Made by a program: the position numbers and the translations under genes. Shown in pieces: positions 42,830 through 53,611 of a stretch of 64,000 nucleotides of DNA. The notes beneath the pieces are model-generated. The model had not been told where the DNA came from, searched no databases, and worked only from the letters and a program-made list of their open reading frames with translations. The DNA comes from a virus (Duplodnaviria; Heunggongvirae; Uroviricota; Caudoviricetes): IMG/VR virus record IMGVR_UViG_2617271072_000004, positions 32,726 to 96,725 of that record. One strand, given 5' to 3'. Position 1 is the first letter of the stretch, and every line of letters begins with the position of its first letter.

Positions 42830-42905
42830 AACCTACTGTTTTTAAAGTAAATCAATCTAAAATTTCAAGGTGAAATCGCCACGATTTCACCTTGGATTTT
42901 ACCTT
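42830..42905. promoter_or_regulatory. centromere-like site parS: heptamer box A (ATTTCAC/GTGAAAT) and hexamer box B (TCGCCA) around an AT-rich IHF-like core
   Basis: CAAGGTGAAATCGCCACGATTTCACCTTGG palindrome directly after parB. Confidence 0.7.
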
Positions 42906-43062
42906 CCTCCCCTACTCCCGAAAAAATAAAAAAAAAATTGCTTGTCACGAAGAAAGTCAACAAGTTGACTTTCAATAAATCTCTTCCGAAAAGGGATTCA
43001 CACAAGTGCCTTGTGTTTAAGGAAGAGTAAATTGAGTAACTTACGCGAATACCAGAATCGTA

Positions 43063-44739
43063 TTGCAGATATCGCAAAAACGCTCTAAAGCTGTGCTTGG
43101 CTGGGCAAGCACTGCGCAGTTCGGTACTGATAACCAATTCATTAAAGATGATGCCGCGCGTGCCGCATCTATCCTTGAAGCTGCACGTAAAGACCCGGTT
43201 TTTGCGGGTATCTCTGATAATGCCACCGCTCAAATCGCTACAGCGTGGGCAAGTGCACTGGCTGACTACGCCGCAGCACATAAATCTATGCCGCGTCCGG
43301 AAATTCTGGCCTCCTGCCACCAGACGCTGGAAAACTGCCTGATTGAGTCCACCCGCAATAGCATGGATGCCACTAATAAAGCGATGCTGGAATCCGTCGC
43401 AGCAGAGATGATGAGCGTTTCTGACGGTGTTATGCGTCTGCCTTTATTCCTCGCGATGATCCTGCCTGTTCAGTTGGGGGCAGCTACCGCTGATGCGTGT
43501 ACCTTCATTCCGGTTACGCGTGACCAGTCCGACATCTATGAAGTCTTTAACGTGGCAGGTTCCTCTTTTGGTTCTTATGCTGCTGGTGATGTTCTGGACA
43601 TGCAATCCGTCGGTGTGTACAGCCAGTTACGCCGCCGCTATGTGCTGGTGGCAAGCTCCGATGGCACCAGCAAAACCGCAACCTTCAAGATGGAAGACTT
43701 CGAAGGCCAGAATGTACCAATCCGAAAAGGTCGCACTAATATCTACGTTAACCGTATTAAGTCTGTTGTTGATAACGGTTCCGGCAGCCTACTTCACTCG
43801 TTTACTAATGCTGCTGGTGAGCAAATCACTGTTACCTGCTCTCTGAACTACAACATTGGTCAGATTGCCCTGTCGTTCTCCAAAGCGCCGGATAAAGGCA
43901 CTGAGATCGCAATTGAGACGGAAATCAATATTGAAGCCGCTCCTGAGCTGATCCCGCTGATCAACCACGAAATGAAGAAATACACCCTGTTCCCAAGCCA
44001 GTTCGTTATCGCGGCTGAGCACACGGTACAGGCGGCGTATGAAGCACAGCGTGAATTTGGTCTGGACCTGGGTTCCCTACAGTTCCGCACCCTGAAGGAA
44101 TACCTGTCTCATGAACAGGATATGCTGCGTCTTCGCATCATGATCTGGCGTACTCTTGCGAACGACACCTTTGACATCGCTCTGCCGGTTAACCAGTCCT
44201 TTGATGTATGGGCAACCATCATTCGTGGCAAATTCCAGACTGTATATCGCGACATTATTGAGCGCGTTAAATCTTCTGGTGCGATGGGGATGTTTGCTGG
44301 TGCTGATGCAGCATCTTTCTTCAAACAGTTGCCGAAGGATTTCTTCCAGCCAGCCGAAGACTATATCCAGACTCCGTATGTTCACTACATCGGTACCCTG
44401 TTCGGTAACGTGAAAGTGTACGAAGTACCTGCTGGTATTTGTAAGAACTTAACGACAGAGAACATTCAGTTCAGCTCGATGGATGTGCTGTGCTACGTCC
44501 GTGATGAAAATCCGGGTAAAGCAGGCTTCGTGACTGGTGATGCTGTCCCGGCCATCCCGTTCCAGCATCCGACCACTCCGGCGCTGGTCAACCGTACCAC
44601 GCTGTGGGGTTCGGCTATCAACGATATGCACCCACGCAACGGCGCTGATTACTTCACTCGTGTAACGCTGACAATGGCCAAAAAAGGCGGGCTTAACTTC
44701 ATTAGCGGCGACACGATTGATGCCGGTGACTCTGAGTAA
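43063..44739 (+). CDS. major structural protein, probably major head protein (558 aa, TTG start)
   Basis: Large ORF first after parS; size matches recalled P1 major head protein; start may lie upstream in another frame. Confidence 0.45.
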   Translation: MQISQKRSKAVLGWASTAQFGTDNQFIKDDAARAASILEAARKDPVFAGISDNATAQIATAWASALADYAAAHKSMPRPEILASCHQTLENCLIESTRNSMDATNKAMLESVAAEMMSVSDGVMRLPLFLAMILPVQLGAATADACTFIPVTRDQSDIYEVFNVAGSSFGSYAAGDVLDMQSVGVYSQLRRRYVLVASSDGTSKTATFKMEDFEGQNVPIRKGRTNIYVNRIKSVVDNGSGSLLHSFTNAAGEQITVTCSLNYNIGQIALSFSKAPDKGTEIAIETEINIEAAPELIPLINHEMKKYTLFPSQFVIAAEHTVQAAYEAQREFGLDLGSLQFRTLKEYLSHEQDMLRLRIMIWRTLANDTFDIALPVNQSFDVWATIIRGKFQTVYRDIIERVKSSGAMGMFAGADAASFFKQLPKDFFQPAEDYIQTPYVHYIGTLFGNVKVYEVPAGICKNLTTENIQFSSMDVLCYVRDENPGKAGFVTGDAVPAIPFQHPTTPALVNRTTLWGSAINDMHPRNGADYFTRVTLTMAKKGGLNFISGDTIDAGDSE

Positions 44740-44799
44740 TCAGGGGAAGTTCTCCGTTTAACATAGCGCCCCCGTGCGGGGCGCATAACAGGGAAAGTT

Positions 44800-46389
44800 A
44801 TGTCTCAATATTCAATTCAACAGTCATTAGGTAATGCATCCGGCGTCGCGGTTAGCCCGATCAATGCCGATGCGACGTTATCTACCGGTGTTGCATTAAA
44901 TAGCAGCTTATGGGCTGGTATTGGCGTATTTGCGCGTGGCAAGCCGTTTACTGTTCTTGCGGTTACTGAGTCCAATTACGAAGATGTTCTCGGCGAACCG
45001 CTGAAGCCGTCTTCCGGCTCACAGTTCGAACCAATTCGCCATGTATACGAAGCTATTCAGCAAACGTCTGGTTATGTTGTTCGCGCTGTTCCGGATGATG
45101 CGAAGTTCCCGATTATTATGTTCGATGAATCAGGCGAACCGGCTTACAGTGCGTTGCCATACGGTTCTGAAATTGAACTTGATAGTGGCGAAGCCTTTGC
45201 TATCTACGTTGATGATGGTGATCCGTGTATTTCACCTACCCGTGAGTTAACCATCGAAACGGCAACAGCGGACAGCGCGGGTAATGAACGCTTCCTCTTA
45301 AAACTGACCCAGACGACTTCGCTCGGCGTGGTAACGACCCTGGAGACACACACTGTGTCTTTGGCGGAAGAAGCGAAAGATGACATGGGCCGCTTGTGTT
45401 ATCTGCCTACGGCTCTGGAAGCCCGTTCTAAATATCTGCGCGCGGTTGTTAATGAAGAGCTGATTTCGACAGCGAAAGTAACAAACAAAAAATCGTTGGC
45501 GTTCACTGGCGGTACCAACGGCGATCAGTCGAAAATCTCAACCGCTGCGTACCTGCGTGCGGTTAAAGTGCTGAATAATGCGCCGTACATGTACACCGCT
45601 GTTCTCGGCCTGGGTTGCTATGACAATGCGGCGATCACCGCGTTAGGTAATATCTGTTCTGATCGCCTGATTGATGGCTTCTTTGATGTCAAACCGACAT
45701 TGACGTATACGGAAGCGCTCTCTGCTGTTGAAGATACCGGTTTACTTGGTACCGATTATGTAAGCTGTGCTGTCTATCACTTCCCGTTCTCCTGCAAAGA
45801 CAAATGGACCCAATCCCGTGTGGTCTTCGGTCTGTCTGGCGCGGCGTATGCGGCGAAAGCTCGTGGCGTCAAGAAAAACTCTGATGTCGGCGGTTGGCAT
45901 TACTCACCGGCTGGTGAAGAACGTGCCGTCATTGCTCGTGCGTCAATTCAACCGCTGTATCCGGAAGATACCCCGGACGAAGAAGCAATGGTCAAGGGCC
46001 GTCTCAATAAAGTATCTGTTGGCACCTCTGGCCAGATGATCATCGACGATGCTTTAACTTGCTGCACGCAGGATAACTATCTGCACTTCCAGCACGTCCC
46101 ATCCCTGATGAATGCAATCAGCCGTTTCTTTGTCCAGTTAGCCCGACAGATGAAGCATAGCCCGGACGGTATTACTGCGGCTGGCCTGACTAAAGGGATG
46201 ACCAAACTTTTAGATCGCTTTGTCGCCTCCGGCGCTCTGGTGGCTCCTCGTGATCCTGATGCTGACGGTACAGAACCGTATGTGCTGAAAGTTACGCAGG
46301 CGGAATTCGATAAATGGGAAGTAGTCTGGGCCTGCTGCCCGACTGGCGTAGCCCGTCGTATCCAGGGCGTACCGCTGCTTATTAAGTAA
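44800..46389 (+). CDS. putative contractile tail sheath protein (529 aa)
   Basis: Size and position after head gene; RBS before ATG; assignment from synteny only. Confidence 0.45.
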   Translation: MSQYSIQQSLGNASGVAVSPINADATLSTGVALNSSLWAGIGVFARGKPFTVLAVTESNYEDVLGEPLKPSSGSQFEPIRHVYEAIQQTSGYVVRAVPDDAKFPIIMFDESGEPAYSALPYGSEIELDSGEAFAIYVDDGDPCISPTRELTIETATADSAGNERFLLKLTQTTSLGVVTTLETHTVSLAEEAKDDMGRLCYLPTALEARSKYLRAVVNEELISTAKVTNKKSLAFTGGTNGDQSKISTAAYLRAVKVLNNAPYMYTAVLGLGCYDNAAITALGNICSDRLIDGFFDVKPTLTYTEALSAVEDTGLLGTDYVSCAVYHFPFSCKDKWTQSRVVFGLSGAAYAAKARGVKKNSDVGGWHYSPAGEERAVIARASIQPLYPEDTPDEEAMVKGRLNKVSVGTSGQMIIDDALTCCTQDNYLHFQHVPSLMNAISRFFVQLARQMKHSPDGITAAGLTKGMTKLLDRFVASGALVAPRDPDADGTEPYVLKVTQAEFDKWEVVWACCPTGVARRIQGVPLLIK

Positions 46390-46398
46390 GGGAATACA

Positions 46399-47216
46399 AT
46401 GAGCAAAAACTTTTTTCAATCCGGGGCATTTTTGGGGAATGGACTGTCCCGTTTCGCTTTGAACTCTGATCCTGTGCAGCTGATGGAGTCTGCCCGAGCA
46501 AGCGCCGAACCGCCAACAGATCCGGTTATTAATAATAATCCGGAACCGGCGGCACAGACTAACGATAACGTTCCATCTGCCCCGGCTCCAGAGCAAATCC
46601 TGGAAGGGAAAGACGGTAAAGAATGGACCGTCGAACAGGCGCACCAGATGATTCTGGAAGCTGCAAATCGAAGTGCTATGCAGAATGCGTTGAGTGATGC
46701 GGCCGACGCCGTTTTCTCCTGGGCTGATAGCGGTGATCTGACTTTCGACTCCCTTGATGGTTTCGTTCAGGCTATCGCTGGTATCTCTGATGACGACGAC
46801 TCCGAAGTTACAGAAGAACAGGACGATGCCTATAACGAAGCATGGGCAAATGTTGCTGACTTCCTCGCAGCATGCGGTGTAGATGATGACCTGATCGAAG
46901 CACTGGCTGACGATGAAGACGACGACGCTGCTGCTGATGTTGGTGCCTCTATCGCTGGTTTAGATAGCGACGACCGTGACGAACTGGAAGCGGCGTTTTG
47001 TTGTTGCTGGCACTTCTGATGAAATGCTGACTGAAGCATTTAAGAAGGTTGTTCGTAACGGTGAGATCAAACTCATCCGTAAACGCCTGCGTAAAAAAAC
47101 GTCTGACTGCGGCTCAAAAATCGGCGCTGAAAAAAGCGCGTCGAAAAGCCCAGACCGGCGCGGCAAAACTTGCCCGCAAAAAGTCAATGAAACTGCGCCG
47201 TAAGCGCCTTGGCTAA
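46399..47216 (+). CDS. acidic structural-module protein with basic C-terminal tail; frame broken twice (about 46990 and A7 run about 47093)
   Basis: ORFs 46399..47019 and 46976..47203 plus alternate-frame tail ...RKKRLTAAQKSALKKARRKAQTGAAKLARKK. Confidence 0.4.
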
Positions 47217-47251
47217 AGGAGGGGGCCGGAGAACTCCGGCCTTTAACTTGA

Positions 47252-47833
47252 ATGGCTCCTATAGCTTATGGGGTTTACAGCCAGGCTGACGGTGTATCGC
47301 CATATCTGAAAGTTACTTTAACGAACTCTCAGTACCAGGTTACCGGATATATCAGCCAGGGAGCGGCAATGAACATGGCCCAGAATTGGGAAGCGCCATT
47401 TACCGGTATGTCCATGGGATCTGTTTCTGGTGCTCTGGGTGGTTTTGTGCAAGTAGGTACTGAAACAACGTCTGTTGCCCGTTGGAATAGCTTAATGGTT
47501 TGGGAAGGGGGGACTCCGCCGACGTTCACGCTGCCCGTAACTTTCATTGCTTTGAACAATCCATTCATTGAAGTTTCAGGCGCTATCGCCGCGTTGACAG
47601 CCATGATTAGCCCGGAACTAAAAGCGGCCAATGTTGGTGGTCGAATCCCGGAGCGCGTGACGCTAAACATTGGTCGCCGGATCAACATCACCGATGTCGC
47701 CATCCAGGACTTAAGTTTTGATCTCGATGCGCCAAGGGACAGTAATGGATATTTCCTGAAAAACACCGTCAACCTCCAGTTGACCGGTTCTTCGATATAT
47801 AACAGCTCCGATATTGTTCGGGCGTTCCAGTAA
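47252..47833 (+). CDS. hypothetical structural protein (193 aa)
   Basis: ORF. Confidence 0.5.
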   Translation: MAPIAYGVYSQADGVSPYLKVTLTNSQYQVTGYISQGAAMNMAQNWEAPFTGMSMGSVSGALGGFVQVGTETTSVARWNSLMVWEGGTPPTFTLPVTFIALNNPFIEVSGAIAALTAMISPELKAANVGGRIPERVTLNIGRRINITDVAIQDLSFDLDAPRDSNGYFLKNTVNLQLTGSSIYNSSDIVRAFQ

Positions 47834-47844
47834 AAGGATTTTAT

Positions 47845-48354
47845 ATGGGGCACAATAACACTAAGGGAAACCGTAAATTTATTAAGGGCCGCTATACTGC
47901 CAACGCGGCCAAAGGCGAACGACTGGTATCTTCTGAATTCCAGCTCACTTTTGCAGGCTATGAAGATATCAGCGTACTGGTTCGCACGTCGCAAATCCCT
48001 GAAATGACCCGCGAGGATGTGGAGGACTATGGCCCAAATGGTGTGAAGTTCAACCAGCACGGTCCAATCCGTAACTCCGGGGAAATCCAGGTCCAGTGCG
48101 TGGAGACTATCGAAGGCGATATTCTTCAGTTCATTAAAGATCGCATTGCGGCGAAGGACTATGTTGATATCACGATGGCTGCGACCCCTGAATCCAAATC
48201 TTCCGGGGTTAACGCTGTGACAAAAGCTGCTACAACAATTGAAATGTTGGACTGCAAAATCTACAGTGATGCAATCGACTTTAGTACCGAAGATGTGACT
48301 GCCGCTGTGCGCCCGTCACTTCGTATCGTCTACAACTGGATTGAGTGGGATTAA
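47845..48354 (+). CDS. hypothetical structural protein (169 aa)
   Basis: ORF followed by strong terminator. Confidence 0.5.
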   Translation: MGHNNTKGNRKFIKGRYTANAAKGERLVSSEFQLTFAGYEDISVLVRTSQIPEMTREDVEDYGPNGVKFNQHGPIRNSGEIQVQCVETIEGDILQFIKDRIAAKDYVDITMAATPESKSSGVNAVTKAATTIEMLDCKIYSDAIDFSTEDVTAAVRPSLRIVYNWIEWD

Positions 48355-48374
48355 GAGTCATCCCTTGTATTTTA

Positions 48375-48398
48375 AAGCTCCTTCGGGAGCTTTTTTTA
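48375..48398 (+). terminator. intrinsic terminator AAAGCTCCTTCGGGAGCTTT followed by T-run
   Basis: perfect stem with TTCG loop and T-run. Confidence 0.65.
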
Positions 48399-48495
48399 TA
48401 ACTATTTTATATAAACATGCATCGATAACATTGTCTGGAGTTTTATGTTAGATTATTAATGTTCTAATAAACTACAATTATTGAGGTAGCTGTTT

Positions 48496-49122
48496 GTGCC
48501 TGTACTGTTAAAGGGGGACTCTAAAATGGCTGTGATTCCAATGTCGTACTCCCCGGGTACTGTCGCTCGTCGATTTTCGATCCTGGACGGAGTTACCATC
48601 CAAGGTGTGCTTTACCAGGTTATATGGGATTCCAAAACCCCATTTGCAGCTGTAATAGAGGCTGCGCCTTCTATTATCGATGGTGATATGCGCCATAAGG
48701 TTGTCGCTACTCTTGAACTTCAACGTCGCCCGCAGCTTGAAGGCGTACTGGTAAGGAAGTTCTGGGAGGATAGCGATGTTGCCCAGATTGAAGGTATCGT
48801 GGTTGATGGAACCGTCCGGGATGTCGGTTTAGCTACTTTTGTTTACGAAACCGTAGCCTCAAAAGCTGGTGTTGTTTTGCTCAGTGATAATGAGCAATAC
48901 GAAGGTGGAAAAGCTCTTTGGCAACACATCGCCCGTCGCTCTTCCGAGCTAAAAGTGTTTATCCTTGACACCGATGCCGCTCAGTATTACCCGTTTGACG
49001 GCGAACGTGTTTGCTATGACGGGGTAAGTATTCCTGAATCCGAGATATGGAGTGAACACCCAGATCGAAGTAAGCATGGGGTTGTTCTGGTCGCTGAATC
49101 CATAATTGGAAATGCGGCATAG
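48496..49122 (+). CDS. hypothetical protein (208 aa, GTG start; alternative ATG at 48526)
   Basis: ORF preceded by degenerate operator-like site about 48458..48474. Confidence 0.45.
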   Translation: MPVLLKGDSKMAVIPMSYSPGTVARRFSILDGVTIQGVLYQVIWDSKTPFAAVIEAAPSIIDGDMRHKVVATLELQRRPQLEGVLVRKFWEDSDVAQIEGIVVDGTVRDVGLATFVYETVASKAGVVLLSDNEQYEGGKALWQHIARRSSELKVFILDTDAAQYYPFDGERVCYDGVSIPESEIWSEHPDRSKHGVVLVAESIIGNAA

Positions 49123-49304
49123 CAGTAAAAAATTCCTTGCTCCTTAAAAGGGGAGAGGGTTAATCTACGTATGCTAAGCATAGATATGGCCTCAGATTAA
49201 TGTTAAGCGTCTTGCAGGACGCGTAATGTTATCTGGGGCTTTCTTCTATCTGCTTTTCGGGTAATGCCTGAAGCAGATAGCCTCAAGCACCCGCAACGAT
49301 TGTA

Positions 49305-49550
49305 TCAATGTCTGGCTTTTTTTCTATAGAAATCACCTGGAAGGGTGAATATCCACATCAGAAGAAATGTTGCAGCAAACATGATCCCTAATGGCCAGAC
49401 CGCGCCAAAGAAAATCCATTCTAAGATCTCCTCTGCTTGTTCTTTGCGGTCGATATCGACAAGCATTTTTCGGCTGATCATGTATACACAGAAGCCAATA
49501 CAAACATATCCTGCAAAAGCGATCGCTAACTGTAAAAAATCAGATTGCAT
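49305..49550 (-). CDS. small membrane protein (about 81 aa from MQSDFLQLAIAFAGYVCIGF); ORF track extends to 49631
   Basis: Two hydrophobic helices; RBS GAGG before internal ATG. Confidence 0.4.
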   Translation of the reverse strand: MQSDFLQLAIAFAGYVCIGFCVYMISRKMLVDIDRKEQAEEILEWIFFGAVWPLGIMFAATFLLMWIFTLPGDFYRKKARH

Positions 49551-49600
49551 CTCCGACCTCAAACTGAAAACGCCAGGTGACTCCAGATTAGAGCAATCTA

Positions 49601-50411
49601 TCACCCTCTGAATCCTGCCGGTATACCCCATTGTTCGTTATCTTTATTTTTGGCTAAAACCGCATTAAGAGCTTCGTTTACCGTCATGCAATGCGGCAAA
49701 TTATCGAAGTTTGATACCCCGCCAATATCAGGAGAACGCTTGTTCTTCAGGTAAGCATATTTCCGCGCTGCCGCCTCTACTTTCTGCTTGAACTCATGTT
49801 TTTGAGCGCGCTTTTTGGATAACCGCAGATTGTCAGCCTTTGCTTTTGCCTCAGCGATCCATGAAGTCAATTTTTTGAGTCTGCTCGTTCCGGCACCGCC
49901 GGAAACTGATCTTTTTGTTTTTTTAACTTGTGACTTCTTATTCTTTATTGCCACGTCATCCTGACAGGGGGAGGGGGTATCATTTTGACATGGGGGTGTG
50001 GATAAAAAATTAAATAAAGCCAATGTCTTAGCGAGAACAGCTTTAACCTTGGTTGCCGCTGAAGAGATCTTTAATTTGCTTTCAATCAGCGCATTTTTTG
50101 GCTTGTTGTGCGAAGGCCAAAAAGGATGGCGTAAACCGGTACAGGTTAGCGCGACGTTCACGGTGATCGCCGATAACAATCTCTACAGACAGAATTCCTT
50201 TGTTTACAGCTTCACGGAATGCACGAACGACGGTTGATTGGCTATAACCAGTTTCTGCCGCGATCAGGCGGTGAGGCTTGTGAATGAAGTATTCACTGGT
50301 TGTTGCCGCGAGATTTGCACATTGCGACAGGATATGCCCGGTGCTACGGGATAGACCGGAGTGTGTTACAAAGCAGGCCAATTCATAGCCAGAAAAAGTA
50401 AAATCGCTCAT
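49601..50411 (-). CDS. repL: lytic-replication protein RepL-like; frame broken at T6 run about 50095
   Basis: Two overlapping ORFs (50082..50447 with HTH-like segment, 49601..50179) directly downstream of kilA; assigned by synteny. Confidence 0.55.
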
Positions 50412-50476
50412 CGTTATACAGCTCAGGAAAGTGACTTTAGCCAGCATTACAATGCTGGTGGTTCTTACTACGTCTG

Positions 50477-51254
50477 TTAGCGCGTTGCCGCGACAGGTAC
50501 CAGCACACCAGCATCAAGCAATCGCTTCATCAGCCACTGCTGACCTTTGCCGGTTATACGAGTCGTGAAAGAAATCCTGCTTCCATTGCTTGTATCGATC
50601 ACGGTTTCTTTAAGGGTGAAATACCCACGGGATATGTATTCTTGTTTGGGGACGTTCCTGCGTTCACCGGTTGCGATCAGAATTCCGTTATCACGCAACC
50701 AGGTGAAGAGATAGTTTTGGCCCAGGCCGAGCACTTTGGCATAGTTGCCGATTAGAACCCCGCTGGCGGTAGCAACGCGTTCGGCGAATTCGACTTTAGG
50801 TGCATCCATAAGCATTTTTTGCTCCAGCCGTTGCTTTTGCTCTGCCAGGTCGGCAGCCAAACGGAGAGCTTCAGGGAGACTCTGCGGAATAGCAGGTTGT
50901 AATCTTCCGGCTCGATAGTCGATAAATGTCTGGTTTACCTTCAGCCGAAACGCGGGAGAAATCCAGCCTGCGTACTCCACAGCGAGCAATTCATGGGCAA
51001 AAGTGCCGCCGCCACGGCCTTCGAACGAAACTATGCAATTCTGCATAGTTTCTTTTTCAAGCTCTTCGATGAGCTGTTTTGCTGACAGCGTTCTTAGCCA
51101 TTGAGCTGGCGCTTTATGGGCACCGAGTCCGCTCGCTCTGTGTAGAGCATTAAGGTTGTAACGGCCAGCGCGGTCGGTCGTAATTTCAACACCACAAATA
51201 ACAGGCAGAGTGGTTGAAGGATCGACATTTTTGATGAAGGTTTGATATATTCAT
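50477..51254 (-). CDS. kilA: KilA (KilA-N/APSES domain plus KilA-C antirepressor-like domain); frame broken at T5 run about 51230
   Basis: Alternate-frame N-terminus ...VICGVEITTDRAGRYNLNALHRASGLGAHKAPAQWLR joins ORF 50477..51046; operator-like site upstream. Confidence 0.65.
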
Positions 51255-51347
51255 ATCCGCATTGAATGTTTGTTGCATTTTTTCTCCAAATTTGCATCAA
51301 CCTTCAATCACCAGCTCGAAATGGTGATTCTTTGCACTTAGAAAACG

Positions 51348-51364
51348 AAATTTATTAGAGCAAA
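51348..51364 (-). promoter_or_regulatory. C1-operator-like site (16/17) upstream of kilA-repL
   Basis: plus strand AAATTTATTAGAGCAAa. Confidence 0.65.
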
Positions 51365-51441
51365 TTTTTCTGACTCGATCCAGATCGGGTTGGTCGATCT
51401 GCTCAGAAACCTGCCAGTTTGCTGGCAGGTTTTTTCTTTTG

Positions 51442-52487
51442 TTAACCTATTGCTACTGGTTTTAACAAACCAGCATCAAGTAGCTTGCGAGTTAACCACT
51501 GCTGGCCTTTACCCGTTAATTGGGGCGTCAGCCGTATCTGGTAGCCATTTTCATCATCCAGCACCACTTCTTTCACCGTGAAATACCCGGCGTTAATGTA
51601 CTGCTGGCGCGGTACGTTTTTTGCGCGCACCAAAAGCCATGAGAATGCCGTTCTGGCGCAACCATGAGAAAAGGGCGTTTTGCTTAAGTCCAACGACCTT
51701 TGCAAAGTTCCCGATCAGGATTCCATTAGCCACTGATACCCGGTCGGCAAAATCGACTTTAGGGGCTGCGGCCACCAGCTGTTGTTCCAGCTGCAATTTC
51801 TGTTCTGCCAACTCGGCAGCCAGGCGTAGGGCTTCTGGTAATGTTTGGGGGATCGATGGGGTAGGGGAGTTTGCCTGCTGCAATTCTTCCAGTTTGTCGA
51901 TCAGCGAACGGCGGACCGCTTTCGATTCGCGCGCGGCGACTCGCAGGGCTTGTTTGTAGGTCATGGTTATGACAACCATAGGCGTACCGCCACCTGGCGG
52001 CACGGTTGCACTTTTTTGTGTAACCGTCCTCACCTTCTAATTCGTCGAGTATTTTTTCGATGAATTTGTTGTTCCGAACCTCTGGTTCCCCACATAACTT
52101 ACGCGCTTCATTGACCATCTTTAACAGTGTCAGGCTGTCGATTGTGTCTCCGGTGGTGGGGATGACATTCACGGCTGGTGCTGGCGTTGCTGAAGCAACA
52201 GGTGCTGGTTTTTTAACATTCAAATTATTACTGGTCATTCTATGTGCCTCCTTTCTCATTTCTGCTGCCACCGTTGCGTAACGTAGACGTCCTTGTTCAA
52301 TCAAATAATCCCTGATCTCGGCTATCAGTAGCCTGTTGATCACAGCCTTATCTGTTCGGGTATAAAAACGCCTGGTTATCATGAAATAGTTGGCAATTGC
52401 GCCGGGGATCTCCCGTGTCGGTATACAGGCAGTATGCAGGGCGATCGCTTCGGCTATGTCATTACGGGTGACGAGAGGTTTTTTCAT
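51442..52487 (-). CDS. ant1: antirepressor Ant (about 348 aa); split across three frames at T6 runs about 51618 and 52014
   Basis: ORFs 51759..52487, 51593..52033, 51442..51705 are collinear pieces; C-terminal part paralogous to KilA C-domain; start overlaps icd stop (ATGA). Confidence 0.6.
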
Positions 52488-52705
52488 AAACCCCCCTGAA
52501 CGTCGGCAGAGAAGGGGAGGCTCCAGTAACTAAGTGAATTGCGCGAGTTAGTTGAAAAACGGGCAGTAAAAATGCAGGGGCCATCAGGCAATTGAGAGCG
52601 TGCTTCGTCTTCAGTTGCTGCGATAACGAAGTGATAGTGGTGTTTTTTACAGGAATAGAAACGCCAGATGAATTCTGGGCGTGCGCAAGGATTGGCATTA
52701 ACCAT
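52484..52705 (-). CDS. icd: Icd-like cell-division interference protein (73 aa)
   Basis: 73-aa ORF immediately upstream of and coupled to ant, downstream of operator-like site; assigned by size and synteny. Confidence 0.45.
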   Translation of the reverse strand: MVNANPCARPEFIWRFYSCKKHHYHFVIAATEDEARSQLPDGPCIFTARFSTNSRNSLSYWSLPFSADVQGGL

Positions 52706-53019
52706 AGTTACGGCCTCACAATCAGGTTTAACAACCTGCTACCCGCTGCTAAACAGGTGGCAGGACGTGACGGGGTTAGCAGACTGGCGATTGTGAAACC
52801 AGCAGGCCGAAGCCTCCCCATCACGCCCCACCATAATTTGGGCGTAACGCGGTTTTACGGACACAAAAATACCGCAATATCGGATATCTGCGGCTGTCCG
52901 CACAATCATTCAGGCTGCTAAACCCGGTCGCAGAATTTGCTACGACGGCGGAACTATAAGCCTGAACGATTAAAAGGTCAATATGATGCGAAAAGATAGC
53001 ATTCGTGACTTAAAAATAC

Positions 53020-53036
53020 AAATTTATTAGAGCATT
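53020..53036 (-). promoter_or_regulatory. C1-operator-like site (16/17) at head of immI (c4-icd-ant) region
   Basis: plus strand AAATTTATTAGAGCAtT. Confidence 0.65.
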
Positions 53037-53141
53037 ATCTGCTTAATAAATACACAGTTGGATCTAATAACCTCTTTTTTTTAAAGGCGAAAATATGTAC
53101 CCTAAATGGGTTATAAGGCAGGTGAGGTTATAATGAGAAAA

Positions 53142-53273
53142 CTATTACTATCGTTATTATTTATGGCTGGGACTGTTAATGCAGCATCAAGCGTAAAGGA
53201 GATTTGTACCGATTATACGAAATACCTTTGGCAAGTTTACGCCTTTGCGATCAATGACTATTAATCCATGCGT
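53142..53273 (+). CDS. possible 43-aa secreted peptide (MRKLLLSLLFMAGTVNAASS...); coordinates about +/-2
   Basis: RBS GGTGAGG, signal-peptide-like N-terminus; very AT-rich. Confidence 0.25.
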
Positions 53274-53376
53274 AGGAGTGGATTTATGCTGATTCGTTTG
53301 TTTTTAGTGCTTTCCTTTTTAACATTTAAATGTTTTTGCTGATGAAGTTGACTTTTCGAAGGTAGATTGTAATTCA

Positions 53377-53604
53377 GTGGAAACAAGAAAAGCTCTTATT
53401 GAAGAATATAACGAAATATTATCGTCATATGGAATAACAGTGGTTGATTCTTATAATCAAAAAACTATTCAGAAAGGAATAAATAAACTGGTCTGTTATG
53501 GGGTTTACCAATATTCAGATGGCTCTTCGGAGTATGTTATTTATAAAGCATACCCAAATAGTCTTGGTGAATTAATTAGTGAGTTTAAACCGATTAATGA
53601 GTGA
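53377..53604 (+). CDS. hypothetical small protein (75 aa), AT-rich
   Basis: ORF directly upstream of secreted-protein gene. Confidence 0.45.
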   Translation: METRKALIEEYNEILSSYGITVVDSYNQKTIQKGINKLVCYGVYQYSDGSSEYVIYKAYPNSLGELISEFKPINE

Positions 53605-53611
53605 ATGAAAA

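Noticed and set aside
42865-43320. 151-aa minus-strand ORF across parS and the start of the head gene
   Set aside because: Overlaps the palindromic parS site and the 5' end of a strong plus-strand gene; no RBS; Cys/Arg-rich shadow frame
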